Virus record (IMG/VR): IMGVR_UViG_3300009678_000010
Location: 1-52,971 of that record
Source of the DNA: a virus
Lineage: Duplodnaviria > Caudoviricetes
DNA: 52,971 nt
Reading direction: 5' to 3' (one strand)
Shown: positions 44,934 to 52,971 of the stretch, piece after piece
Position numbering within the stretch: position 1 is the first letter of the stretch
How the letters are laid out: every line of letters starts with the position of its first letter
Position numbers and translations under genes: made by a program
Notes under the pieces: model-generated
What the model saw: only the letters and a program-made list of their open reading frames with translations
Told to the model about the DNA's origin: nothing
Database searches by the model: none

Positions 44934-45144
44934 CGGTGCCCTTCTTCCTCTCGGCCAGCATCGCGTCGGCGGCATCAAAGCACACCTCGGCGATTTCATC
45001 CGCCGGCGTGTTTTCGAGGATGCGAGGATTCGCCAACACGCCAGCGAGCGCCTGACCTGCGTAGTATTCGCGGAGCGTCATGCCCTTGACGTGCAGGCTG
45101 TGGATCGTCACCGGAAACGCCTGCCCGCCGTGATCAACTGGCAT
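44920..45144 (-). CDS. conserved small phage protein
   Basis: GGQAFP..GMTLREYYAGQALAG..ADAMLAER motif. Confidence 0.75.
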   Translation of the reverse strand: MPVDHGGQAFPVTIHSLHVKGMTLREYYAGQALAGVLANPRILENTPADEIAEVCFDAADAMLAERKKGTDAKP

Positions 45145-45376
45145 CGGCCGCTCCGCTCGCGATGTATTCGCAGATGCTCACGAGGTGCGCTTTGTCCCTC
45201 ACGATGGCCGCGCGGTCGTCGGCCGTCAGTTTCGCGCCGTTCGTGACGCGCAGTTGCCCGTCGGAGGCCGACATCGCGTGGCCCTTGGCCTCGAGCACGC
45301 ACGCGAGCTCGCACGCGGACGCGCGCACTACAGGGCCGTTCTTTAACGTCACGAGGTCAGAAGCTGACTGGTTCAT
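45134..45376 (-). CDS. TubC_N-like small protein
   Basis: LEAKG....DGQLRV....LT..DRAAI..K..L. Confidence 0.6.
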   Translation of the reverse strand: MNQSASDLVTLKNGPVVRASACELACVLEAKGHAMSASDGQLRVTNGAKLTADDRAAIVRDKAHLVSICEYIASGAADAS

Positions 45377-45890
45377 CGCTGCCTCCGAACGGGTTGTTCG
45401 TATCCGTCAACGGTGCGGGCGCTGGCGCCTTCCAGCCGGCGCGCAGCCTGCTCGCCCAGCCGCGAGCGCGGGCCGCGTCCTTGACGTTGTAGCCGCGCTT
45501 CTTCTTGTCCTCGTCGCTGTCGCCAAGTTGCGACGTGAAGTAGTCCAGGCGATCGGCGATCATGTCGAGATATTCCGGCGGGCACTCGCTGAACTTGCGG
45601 CCTTTCATCGGCTCGCCGGACCAGTCGCGCGGATCTTTGGCTTTCACTTCAGGATCACCGTGCGGGCCGTCGAGGTCGGCATCGGACGCGGCGGGTTTGC
45701 CGTTCGGCGCCGTAGTGCCGGCGCGGCGCATGCGCTCCTCGGTCAACGACAGGATGTGCTCCATCGTGGCTCCGAGCGTCTTCGCGAGCTCGCGCATGTC
45801 GGCCAGCACTTGATTTTGCAGCTTCGTGAACTCGCGAATGTCCGCGAGCACGGCGTAGACGTCCACGGTCGTTGGATTCTCTTTGCTCAC
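45357..45890 (-). CDS. hypothetical protein of the recombination module
   Basis: KGRKFSECPPEYL; acidic/aromatic C-terminal tail (NPFGGSDEPVSF) reminiscent of SSB tails. Confidence 0.65.
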   Translation of the reverse strand: MSKENPTTVDVYAVLADIREFTKLQNQVLADMRELAKTLGATMEHILSLTEERMRRAGTTAPNGKPAASDADLDGPHGDPEVKAKDPRDWSGEPMKGRKFSECPPEYLDMIADRLDYFTSQLGDSDEDKKKRGYNVKDAARARGWASRLRAGWKAPAPAPLTDTNNPFGGSDEPVSF

Positions 45891-47758
45891 TGGTCGAATT
45901 CCTCACTGGAATACACGCCCGCCAGGACGTCCGGAAAAACGAGCCGCGCGAGTTTGGATAGTGCACGAGCGACGCACATATCTTCGGGCACGCGGCCCCA
46001 TCCGCTTTTCTTGAACGAGTCCTCGCCCTTCGTCCAGCCGCGTCGCGCGTCTTCGACGCTGTAACTAATCTTCATCGGCGGGTCGTCGCCGCGCTGCGTC
46101 TCAAACGTGGCGCGCTCTGGCGTGCGCTCGATGCACCGAAAGTATTTCGCCTTTCCGCTCTTGAGGACGAGCGCGTGAATCAGCCCAGAACTGAGCGTCG
46201 GCTTCCCATCCAAAACATGAAAACTTCGCAGCGATGCCATCGCTTGGATTCCGAATTCTCGGCCTGCCAAAATGACAGACAGCACTGCGTCGGCATTCCC
46301 AAATGAACTAAAGAGACGCGCCTGAAACATGGACTGAGCGAGCTTGTATGCCTCCGCGAGCGAGCGCGGCTCGAGCGCCCGCTCGTAGTCCACGACCACC
46401 GGCGTCAGGGCTTGACTGCCGCCATCTTGGGCACGTTGGCCGCTGATTGTTCCTTCTGATACTGGAATATTGCGCGCTCCATCTGGTCGGTGACTTCGTG
46501 CTCCACCTTCGCCACGAGAAACGGCGTCTGGCTGTTCGTTGCCGGGTCGATGCCGGTCGTTTCCGTATAGCGCGTCATCACGAACCACTGGCTGCCCCTG
46601 CGGACGATCTTCGGCGTTTGCACTTCTCGTGGCATTCGGCGTCTCCTGTTTGACGGCCAGTTGAGCGGCCGCGTCGTGAACGAAGTGAACTCCTGGAGTT
46701 AACACTGCTACGTCTGGCTTGTCAGGCATCGCAGCCGCAATGTCGGCCTCGACGTCGGCGCGATTGTTCGCGAACAGCGACTCGGAGGCCTCGCGCACGT
46801 CGGCCACTTGCGCGGGCGTGGGTTTGTTCTGCATTGGAACTCCGTCGAATGGGCCGAGCGATGGCGTGTTGTCTTGCGCCTCTCGACAATCGTCTTCTTC
46901 ATCGAAGGCGCGAGTGGCGGCGACGTGGAAGGCTTCGCCGGCCTCTTCGAATGTGTCGAACACCGCGACATCATCGCCGGTCGGCACGCGCGGCTTGAAA
47001 ATCTCATCGAAGTCGATCGGCACGTCCGTCTTGAGCGCGATCAACTGGCGCGTCGTCGGCCACACGTCGCGGCGGAAGTCTTGGAGTTTCGTGCGGCGGC
47101 CCGCGGTAATCGTCGGCGTCGCGCCAGCATCAAAGGCGTTCCACAGATTTTCCAGCGATCCAAACTCGGCCAGTATCTTTCCGGCCCAGACGGAGCCGAT
47201 ACCATCGCATCCTGGCACGTTGTCCGATGCGTCGCCGCAGAGTGCCAGGTAGTCGCCGACTTGATGCGGCTCGACGCCGAGTTTCGCCTTGACGGCCGCC
47301 GCGTCCACGAGGTTGCCGCTGTCCAGCCATTTCACCAGCACGCGATCGGTCGGCGTGACCAGTTGCAGCAAGTCCTTGTCGCGAGTCGCAATCAGCACGG
47401 ACGTATCGACTGACACCTGGGCCACGATGGACCCGATGAGGTCGTCTGCTTCCATGCCCTTAACTTCCAGCGCATAGAATCCGTCGGCCTTCAGCGTGTC
47501 GATCGCGAGGCGCATCTGGTGATAGAGCGGCGCACGGTCTTCGGCCTTGCGATTCGCCTTGTAGCGCGGATCGATCTCGCGGCGGAAACTTGGCGACGGA
47601 TGGTCGCAGCAGATGACCGCGCGTGGCTGCCCTGATGCCAATGCGCGCACGCGCTCGACGGTCTTGATGCTGGCCGCGTCAGGGTTCGGATCGTTCGTGC
47701 TGACGTGCCACATCATGTGCACGATAGCGCTCAGGTCTACGACAAGTAGCGCGTTCAC
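45887..47758 (-). CDS. 5'-3' exonuclease (Pol I N-terminal/FEN-like) fused to a RecT/Red-beta-like annealing domain
   Basis: VVDLS, FRREIDPRYKANR, EADDLIGS, RDKDLLQL, GDASDNVPGCDGIG; C-terminal GREFGI.AM.SL..HVLDGKP, W...PEDM..ARA...AR..FPDVL.GVYS.EE; GTG 47758 with GGAG. Confidence 0.85.
   Translation of the reverse strand: MNALLVVDLSAIVHMMWHVSTNDPNPDAASIKTVERVRALASGQPRAVICCDHPSPSFRREIDPRYKANRKAEDRAPLYHQMRLAIDTLKADGFYALEVKGMEADDLIGSIVAQVSVDTSVLIATRDKDLLQLVTPTDRVLVKWLDSGNLVDAAAVKAKLGVEPHQVGDYLALCGDASDNVPGCDGIGSVWAGKILAEFGSLENLWNAFDAGATPTITAGRRTKLQDFRRDVWPTTRQLIALKTDVPIDFDEIFKPRVPTGDDVAVFDTFEEAGEAFHVAATRAFDEEDDCREAQDNTPSLGPFDGVPMQNKPTPAQVADVREASESLFANNRADVEADIAAAMPDKPDVAVLTPGVHFVHDAAAQLAVKQETPNATRSANAEDRPQGQPVVRDDALYGNDRHRPGNEQPDAVSRGEGGARSHRPDGARNIPVSEGTISGQRAQDGGSQALTPVVVDYERALEPRSLAEAYKLAQSMFQARLFSSFGNADAVLSVILAGREFGIQAMASLRSFHVLDGKPTLSSGLIHALVLKSGKAKYFRCIERTPERATFETQRGDDPPMKISYSVEDARRGWTKGEDSFKKSGWGRVPEDMCVARALSKLARLVFPDVLAGVYSSEEFDQ
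46405..46635 (-). CDS. nested out-of-frame 76-aa ORF in the linker of the exonuclease-annealase gene
   Basis: AGGAG 7 nt before the ATG; the sequence looks folded while the host frame here is polar and low-complexity. Confidence 0.55.
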   Translation of the reverse strand: MPREVQTPKIVRRGSQWFVMTRYTETTGIDPATNSQTPFLVAKVEHEVTDQMERAIFQYQKEQSAANVPKMAAVKP

Positions 47759-48078
47759 TTCGACTCCAAAAACCGCTCGCTTGTCTTCTTGGTTGCGCGC
47801 TCGCCGAGGATGAACTCGACATCGATCACATCGTTGTCGGCAATCTCGGCCCAGTGCTCGGAGATGTAGTGGTGCGCGGTGGGCACGGTGCGTGCGCGTG
47901 TGCCCCACGAATACGGATCGTATTGGCACTTCATGTCGCAGAGATTGACTAAGATCACGAGCGGCTGGCTGCCGAATCCAGCGCGGCGCAGAATCCAACC
48001 GTCATCGCCTGATACTTCAATCGCCAGCATCGGCATCGTCGTTCCGCTGTCTCGTATTTCCAGTTGCTTGATCGTCAT
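47755..48078 (-). CDS. hypothetical protein
   Basis: LEIRD.GT..DPY.W..RT..AH.YI..W..DVIDVEFILGE; overlaps on both sides. Confidence 0.7.
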   Translation of the reverse strand: MTIKQLEIRDSGTTMPMLAIEVSGDDGWILRRAGFGSQPLVILVNLCDMKCQYDPYSWGTRARTVPTAHHYISEHWAEIADNDVIDVEFILGERATKKTSERFLESK

Positions 48079-48308
48079 CGCACCACCAGTCCGCGCCAGT
48101 CGCGCAGTTCCGTCAGCGTCTCGACCCACGTCGCGCGGCACCAGGACTCCATGCAGAACCGATGCTGATGGCGCACCGTGACCGTGCATCGTTTCTGCGG
48201 ATTCACGCGCGAGCAGGAACCGATGCGCAGCGCGAGGTTGCCGCATTTCGGGCAGTGGGCCCTCGTGACGCCGCGCTCCTGTTTGTCGAGGAACTCGTCG
48301 TATGTCAT
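48075..48308 (-). CDS. small zinc-ribbon-like protein
   Basis: CPKCG...C....C. Confidence 0.6.
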   Translation of the reverse strand: MTYDEFLDKQERGVTRAHCPKCGNLALRIGSCSRVNPQKRCTVTVRHQHRFCMESWCRATWVETLTELRDWRGLVVR

Positions 48309-48550
48309 GGCTTGCACCCGAAGAGTTTTACTGAGTCGTGCGTGGCGTCGTTGTTGACGACAACCACGGCATGCCCAAGTGCCCGAGCGACCTTAACGGC
48401 AGCAAACACATTCAGCGGCACCGTGACGTCCCACAGATAGACGCCGCCGACGTATTCACTGCTCCATCGGTTGTTGCGTTTCTGCTCGTTGCTCTCAAGT
48501 TCATGGACTCTCTTGCGAAGGCGCCGAGCTTCCCGCTGCGAAATCCTCAT
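48305..48550 (-). CDS. hypothetical protein
   Basis: ATGA overlaps. Confidence 0.55.
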   Translation of the reverse strand: MRISQREARRLRKRVHELESNEQKRNNRWSSEYVGGVYLWDVTVPLNVFAAVKVARALGHAVVVVNNDATHDSVKLFGCKP

Positions 48551-48780
48551 CGCGCGGCCTCGCTGGTTTCTACGTTCGCGGCGTTGACGGCCGGACGCAG
48601 CCATCGCATGAGCATGATGGCCTTCTCTTCCGGCTTGAACGTGGCGGTGCCGGCGTCCGCAATCGGCACGGGAAACTTGAATCCGCTCACCGAATAGAAC
48701 AGGTTGCCATCGCGATAGAATTCGAACACGGCAATCTGTTTCACGAGCTCGGTCAGGTTGTATCTCATCGCCACATCCAT
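48547..48780 (-). CDS. hypothetical protein
   Basis: FEFYRDGNLFY..FPVPI.D.G.ATF..EKAI.LMRW. Confidence 0.65.
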   Translation of the reverse strand: MDVAMRYNLTELVKQIAVFEFYRDGNLFYSVSGFKFPVPIADAGTATFKPEEKAIMLMRWLRPAVNAANVETSEAAR

Positions 48781-48841
48781 TGGTGTCCGCGCAGCGACCA
48801 GACACGCACGCGGTTCCGCATCGCGCGCAGGAAGTTCAGCA

Positions 48842-49057
48842 TCACCACTCCTCGCTGTCTTCGTCGAGGCGAATCTCGACGCGACCCAGGTTGTAAGTCA
48901 CTCCAATCGGCTTGAAGTCGGCCGGCTCGTCCAGTTTCACTCGGTCGCCTTTGTGAATCTCGCTCGGCGTCACCGGCTCGCGCGTCCCGATCGATACGCG
49001 CACTGGGGCCGTCATCGGCCACGCGCGCAGTTCCTCAATCAGTTCCTCGTTTGTCAC
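48842..49057 (-). CDS. hypothetical protein
   Basis: GGAGG RBS; MT.EELIEELR..P..APV. Confidence 0.6.
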   Translation of the reverse strand: MTNEELIEELRAWPMTAPVRVSIGTREPVTPSEIHKGDRVKLDEPADFKPIGVTYNLGRVEIRLDEDSEEW

Positions 49058-49236
49058 GCCGACCTCCGCGCCTGCCGCTTGGCGTCCTGAAACCGGCGCT
49101 CAATCTCGGCGTCGTCGATGTCCCACTGTCGCCGCGCGTTTTGGATGCGTCGCGCACACTCCGGGTGATACTTCGTGCCGCGACGCGCGAGCGCCAGCAG
49201 TGAGCGCGAGCACTCGCCACATGAGCAGGCGCGCAT
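49054..49236 (-). CDS. small Cys/His protein
   Basis: CSCGEC...HPEC. Confidence 0.55.
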   Translation of the reverse strand: MRACSCGECSRSLLALARRGTKYHPECARRIQNARRQWDIDDAEIERRFQDAKRQARRSA

Positions 49237-49667
49237 CAGAGCGACCCCTGCTTGCGCTGCAACCGATCGATCTCTGCGGCGATGAGCGCGCCAGCCTTCG
49301 CAAGATTCCGGATCGGGTCATCGCTCGGCTTCCACCACGACGCCTCCCACGGCCACGTAAACGGCTGCGCGAACGCCTCGCGGAGCACTTGTTTGGCCGC
49401 CGCCCATGCGTAACTCGACGCAGCATCAACCATCTCACAGCCGACGTGCGTGTCATCGTGCTCGGATGTCCATCCTTCCGATGAGACCTGCCGTCCACGT
49501 TCTTGGGCTATGAGTGCTACCCCGGTGCAAGCATCATTGGGAAAGCATCGATCGCCACGGCCGGACTGATACCCGCAGGACTGGCATTTCCAGCCTTCAA
49601 TGGGTTGAGACAAGCCGCCAAAGAGAAACATGACGTTGTCACTACCGCATCCGCATACGACGTTCAT
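49236..49667 (-). CDS. conserved phage protein with N-terminal zinc ribbon
   Basis: IAQERGRQ..EGWT.EHDD.H..WPW..WWKP..RNLAKAGALIAAEIDRL. Confidence 0.75.
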   Translation of the reverse strand: MNVVCGCGSDNVMFLFGGLSQPIEGWKCQSCGYQSGRGDRCFPNDACTGVALIAQERGRQVSSEGWTSEHDDTHVGCEMVDAASSYAWAAAKQVLREAFAQPFTWPWEASWWKPSDDPIRNLAKAGALIAAEIDRLQRKQGSL

Positions 49668-49683
49668 CGAATCACCTCCCGCA

Positions 49684-49986
49684 TCAGTGCCGAATCTCCC
49701 CATCACGCAGGGCGATGACGTCCAGCGGCGGGATGACCAACTCGCGAATGAGTTCATCGCGCACGTCGATGGCCTGCTTCAGGCTGACGGCAATCTCCAG
49801 CGCTTCACAGCGCAATTTGCGCTCAAGGTGAAACGCCGCGTAAAGCGCCTCGATATGCTCGATACTGGGCAGCGTGCGGCGCTCGCCGAGGGCGTATTCG
49901 AAGGCTTCCTTGAGGTAATCGCGCTCGTCAGGCTTGGGCACGACGGACGGCGCCGAGAACAACCAACGCCACATCCACATCCTCAT
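49684..49986 (-). CDS. hypothetical protein
   Basis: ATGA overlap with the HTH gene; GAGG RBS. Confidence 0.55.
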   Translation of the reverse strand: MRMWMWRWLFSAPSVVPKPDERDYLKEAFEYALGERRTLPSIEHIEALYAAFHLERKLRCEALEIAVSLKQAIDVRDELIRELVIPPLDVIALRDGEIRH

Positions 49987-50180
49987 GCGGTCCTCTTCTT
50001 CCTGAACGTGGTCACGGGCTCCAGTCCGAGTTTCGCCAGGATGGTGGCGCTGAAGTTGCGGCGGCCGTGCAAGAGGTCGTGCAAATACGGGCTGGAGATG
50101 CGGAGCGCCTTGGCCGCCTCGCGTTGCGTCTCGTGGCGCGCGACGAACGCTCGCAAGGTCGCTTCCGGTGATTTCGGCAT
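49983..50180 (-). CDS. Cro-like XRE helix-turn-helix regulator
   Basis: TQREAAKALRISSPYLHDLLHGRR..ILAKLGL. Confidence 0.85.
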   Translation of the reverse strand: MPKSPEATLRAFVARHETQREAAKALRISSPYLHDLLHGRRNFSATILAKLGLEPVTTFRKKRTA

Positions 50181-50187
50181 GGGAAGA

Positions 50188-50217
50188 GAATTAGCATATT
50201 TGCAAAACGACCGTCAA
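50188..50217 (-). promoter_or_regulatory. leftward early promoter candidate TTGACG-N18-TAATTC (TG-extended), 7 nt from the ATG
   Basis: Shares TGCTAAT..TTCTCTT with the promoter at 2837-2866. Confidence 0.45.
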
Positions 50218-50324
50218 GAGGGTGCAGAAAATATTTCTGCGGGAGTGAGAACACAAGCACAATCTGTTGTATTCAGATTGACCCGTAAGCCCATATTTTG
50301 TGTCCACTTGAGACGATGTTTTTG

Positions 50325-50352
50325 TTGACACCTGTATACAGAGGTGTAGACT
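50325..50352 (+). promoter_or_regulatory. sigma70-like promoter TTGACA-N16-TAGACT with a near-palindrome in the spacer
   Basis: ACACCTGTATACAGAGGTGT spans -35 to -10. Confidence 0.65.
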
Positions 50353-50364
50353 GACCCCCATTCC

Positions 50365-51198
50365 ATGAATGGCTATACCAAACTCTTTAATTCCATCCTT
50401 GCGTCCACGATTTGGCGTGAGGATGACAAGACCCGCATCGTCTGGATTACGCTCTTGGCGATGGCCGATCGGCACGGCGTCGCGGATGGGTCAGTGCCAG
50501 GATTAGCCGACTTTGCGCGAGTCTCTATAGCCGACTGTCGGCACGCGCTCGAACGACTCTCCTCCCCAGACGAAGACTCCAGATCGCAAGAGCACGATGG
50601 CCGACGCATCGAACCAGTCGAGGGAGGATGGCGGCTGCTCAATCACGGCAAATACCGACAGAAACTCAGCGTCGATGAGCGCCGGGAATACCTCAAGGTC
50701 AAGCAGCGGGAATACCGCGCCAAGAAACGTCAACACACGTCAACAACGGTAAACAATGTATCGGACACGGATACACTGTTGACACAAGCAGAAGCAGAAG
50801 CAGAAGCAGAAGCATCTCCAAAAGAACATAAGAGCACGCTCGCTCGCGCTCGCTTTGAGCGGTTTTGGTCAGGATACCCACGCAAGGTCGGAAAAGACGC
50901 CGCGTGGAAAACATGGGGCCGTCTCAAGCCGACCGACAGCCTGACCGAGCACATCATCGCGGCCGTGTCCATGCAAGCGAAGTCACCGCAATGGACGAAA
51001 GATGGCGGGCAATTCATCCCTCATCCGCGCACATGGCTGCATCAAGGTCGATGGCAAGATGAACCTCCCAGCAACGGCAACCATCGACAGCGCACAACCA
51101 CCCCAGCGCGCCAACCGTGCCCGCATGTCGAGCCTTGCAACGGGCGTCAGATGTGCGCGCTCGCCAGCGAAATGGGCAGACCGGAAAAGCCGAGATGA
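50365..51198 (+). CDS. phage replication initiator (replisome organiser-like)
   Basis: YTKLFNSILASTIW..WITLLAMAD; AEAEAEA linker; FERFWSGYPRKVGK..FIPHPRTWLHQGRWQDE. Confidence 0.85.
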   Translation: MNGYTKLFNSILASTIWREDDKTRIVWITLLAMADRHGVADGSVPGLADFARVSIADCRHALERLSSPDEDSRSQEHDGRRIEPVEGGWRLLNHGKYRQKLSVDERREYLKVKQREYRAKKRQHTSTTVNNVSDTDTLLTQAEAEAEAEASPKEHKSTLARARFERFWSGYPRKVGKDAAWKTWGRLKPTDSLTEHIIAAVSMQAKSPQWTKDGGQFIPHPRTWLHQGRWQDEPPSNGNHRQRTTTPARQPCPHVEPCNGRQMCALASEMGRPEKPR

Positions 51199-51509
51199 CA
51201 TGGCATCGAACACCATTCGGCGACCACTCCATCCGCTGCGGTGGAGGTGATTGCACCGTGCTGCACAAGTCGACAAACGCGCTCTATGCCGTGATCGGAA
51301 GTGCGAGTCTCATTCGTTGCGCGTCATGCTTTACGAAGGTGTTCGACTACTGTCCACTACCATCCGTTGCACCACTCCTTGAGCCGCCAGTAGCAGCACC
51401 TCAGCACGTGCCAGTGCCAGGATTCACCACCCTTGCGTCACATATCGCGGACTTCAAGCGCAGACAGTCCGGCGAGGTCGACGACCCGCATGACACAGCC
51501 ACGTTCTGA
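51195..51509 (+). CDS. hypothetical Cys-rich protein
   Basis: ATGA overlap; DFKRRQSGE near the C-terminus. Confidence 0.55.
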   Translation: MTWHRTPFGDHSIRCGGGDCTVLHKSTNALYAVIGSASLIRCASCFTKVFDYCPLPSVAPLLEPPVAAPQHVPVPGFTTLASHIADFKRRQSGEVDDPHDTATF

Positions 51510-51738
51510 AGGCGTATACTCAGCGGCCATGAGCACGCGGCAACTGGTCTTCCTCGTCAGAGCCGATGTCGATGAGCGCGTCCCAACGGACCACGCGCAA
51601 CGCCAACTCCTCAGCCTCATAGTGGATGCGTGGCTGGTCACGAGCTCAGAGCACATCCGCGTCGAAACCGTCGCGCAAATCACAGGCCCTCCGCAAGACG
51701 CAGGGCCATACGATACGAATCTGAACCAGGGCGAGTGA
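51490..51738 (+). CDS. hypothetical protein
   Basis: Overlaps the upstream gene; start uncertain. Confidence 0.45.
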   Translation: MTQPRSEGVYSAAMSTRQLVFLVRADVDERVPTDHAQRQLLSLIVDAWLVTSSEHIRVETVAQITGPPQDAGPYDTNLNQGE

Positions 51739-51837
51739 CCGGGGGGACTCGCAATGTTTCACGCGCAACAGGTCGGAAACCGCTGGGCAGCCTCCTTTAC
51801 ATGGCATCTAGTTTGAAAGTTTTGAGCGGTCAAAATT
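51739..51837 (+). other. candidate cos/packaging initiation region
   Basis: About 100-bp non-coding gap starting with a G run immediately upstream of terS, the usual position in HK97-like phages. Confidence 0.4.
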
Positions 51838-52323
51838 ATGGGCGGACCAGGGAGCGGGAAGTTAGCGAAGCCGGGATCGGGCGAGAAGGCGGCTGATGGC
51901 ACCGTTGCGTGGCTGGCTGGCACCGCTGCGCGACGAACGAAGGCGCGGCCGACCCTACCCCCTATCCAGACGTTCGACGCGCCTGCGGGGCTCCTGGCGC
52001 CTCAGCGTGCCATCTGGGACCGGTTGGCGCCGCACGCCTTCGCGGCGCGGACGCTGACCCGGGCCACGGAGGCGTCGTTTCTGGACGTGATTGACTGCAT
52101 CGTGATGCGGGACGAGGTGAAGGCCGCGATTGACCACGACGGGTTGACGCGGGAGGACGAGAAGGGCATCCGGAAGCATCCACTGTTGACGGACTACCGC
52201 GGCCTGTATCAGCGGGTCGAAGCCGGGCTCGTGCGGTTCTCGCTGTCGCCGCTGGCGAAGCCGATCCTGCCGTTCGAAGAGGGTCCGGCCGACCCGTTCG
52301 CGGGCTTCGAGGAGCCGACGTGA
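51838..52323 (+). CDS. terS: terminase small subunit (P27-like)
   Basis: MGGPGSG; APAGL...IWDRLAP..LT..; DHDGLT..KHPLL..FSLSP..DPFA. Confidence 0.85.
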   Translation: MGGPGSGKLAKPGSGEKAADGTVAWLAGTAARRTKARPTLPPIQTFDAPAGLLAPQRAIWDRLAPHAFAARTLTRATEASFLDVIDCIVMRDEVKAAIDHDGLTREDEKGIRKHPLLTDYRGLYQRVEAGLVRFSLSPLAKPILPFEEGPADPFAGFEEPT

Positions 52324-52541
52324 TGGCGTGTTGTCCCGCAGTGTCATGCGCTGACGCCACGGATTGCTCAATGGTCGGCGGATGCGTGACGCGAAGATTC
52401 GGCGCGCAATTGCAGTCGATTGTGCCAACCAATGAGCAGCGCGACGACGCGCGAGCACTCGCCGGCGGGAAACCACGCGCGGTGCGCGACCCGCACAAAA
52501 TCAAACGCAATCGGAAAGCCTTGACGCGCTGGACGCCATAG
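52323..52541 (+). CDS. small hypothetical protein
   Basis: TGATG overlap with terS; Cys-rich N-terminus. Confidence 0.4.
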   Translation: MACCPAVSCADATDCSMVGGCVTRRFGAQLQSIVPTNEQRDDARALAGGKPRAVRDPHKIKRNRKALTRWTP

Positions 52542-52545
52542 GGTT

Positions 52546-52971
52546 ATGGGGCGGAAGACCGACGTTCAGGACCGGATGCTGCTGCCATTCCTGAGGCTTG
52601 GCGATGGGGTCATCGACGTCGGGGCGAACATCGGCAACTACACCGAGCGATTCGCCCGGGCCGTCGGGCCGACCGGGCACGTCATCGGCATCGAGCCGGA
52701 CGAGGACAATCTCCGCAAGGCGATCGCGCGGTGCGCCGACATGCCTCAGGTTGAGTTCGTGCACGCGGCGTGCGCCGGCGCGAACGGGTCGCGCGTGCTG
52801 TATCTCGGCGTCGAGCGGCGCTCGCATAACAGCTTCTGGCAGCGGAACATCCCGGGCGGCAAGGCGAACAAATCGCGCCCGTGCGAGCTCGTGACGCTCG
52901 ACGAGGTCGCGGCCACGGCGCGCGGATTGCGCGCGATCAAGGTCGACACGCAAGGGGCCGAGCTCCTCGTG
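52546..52971 (+). CDS. FkbM-family methyltransferase, 5' part (continues at 124-342)
   Basis: MGRKTD...VIDVGANIGNYT..FARAVGPTGHVIGIEPD..N; not in the ORF track because it runs off the end. Confidence 0.9.
   Translation, partial: MGRKTDVQDRMLLPFLRLGDGVIDVGANIGNYTERFARAVGPTGHVIGIEPDEDNLRKAIARCADMPQVEFVHAACAGANGSRVLYLGVERRSHNSFWQRNIPGGKANKSRPCELVTLDEVAATARGLRAIKVDTQGAELLV
52849..52971. repeat. 123-bp terminal direct repeat, right copy
   Basis: Identical to 1-123. Confidence 0.97.

Noticed and set aside
50788-50814. GCAGAA tandem repeat as an origin iteron or contingency locus
   Set aside because: It encodes the AEAEAEA linker common in phage replication proteins and is in frame; an origin role cannot be supported from sequence alone
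1-52971. tRNA, rRNA or structured ncRNA genes
   Set aside because: No cloverleaf or rRNA-like segment was recognised and intergenic gaps are short; a tRNAscan/Infernal run would be needed to exclude them formally

Overview
This window is best read as one complete, circularly permuted genome of a high-GC tailed phage of about 52,848 bp; bases 1-123 repeat exactly at 52849-52971. Morphogenesis genes are HK97/siphovirus-like: terS, terL, a fused prohead protease-major capsid gene placed before the portal, a collagen-like protein, connector genes, tail tube, a tail chaperone with a -1 frameshift site, tape measure, tail proteins and a GH108 endolysin. A leftward arm carries recombination and DNA-modification genes, followed by a rightward replication initiator. 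No integrase, CI-type repressor, tRNA or CRISPR array was seen. The most unusual features are: (1) about nine glycosyltransferase-like and sugar-methyltransferase-like genes inside the morphogenesis region; (2) three consecutive tail-region proteins with Sec-type signal peptides and paired Cys; (3) a 10 kb inverted structural module between terL and the capsid gene that shares a repeat with the main tail protein; (4) a 5'-3' exonuclease fused to a RecT-like annealase, with a nested out-of-frame gene in the linker; (5) a C5-methyltransferase whose motif IX is in an overlapping frame; (6) a bipartite motif directly before the capsid and connector start codons, probably a leaderless late promoter. 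All family calls come from reading motifs by eye; no database searches were run.
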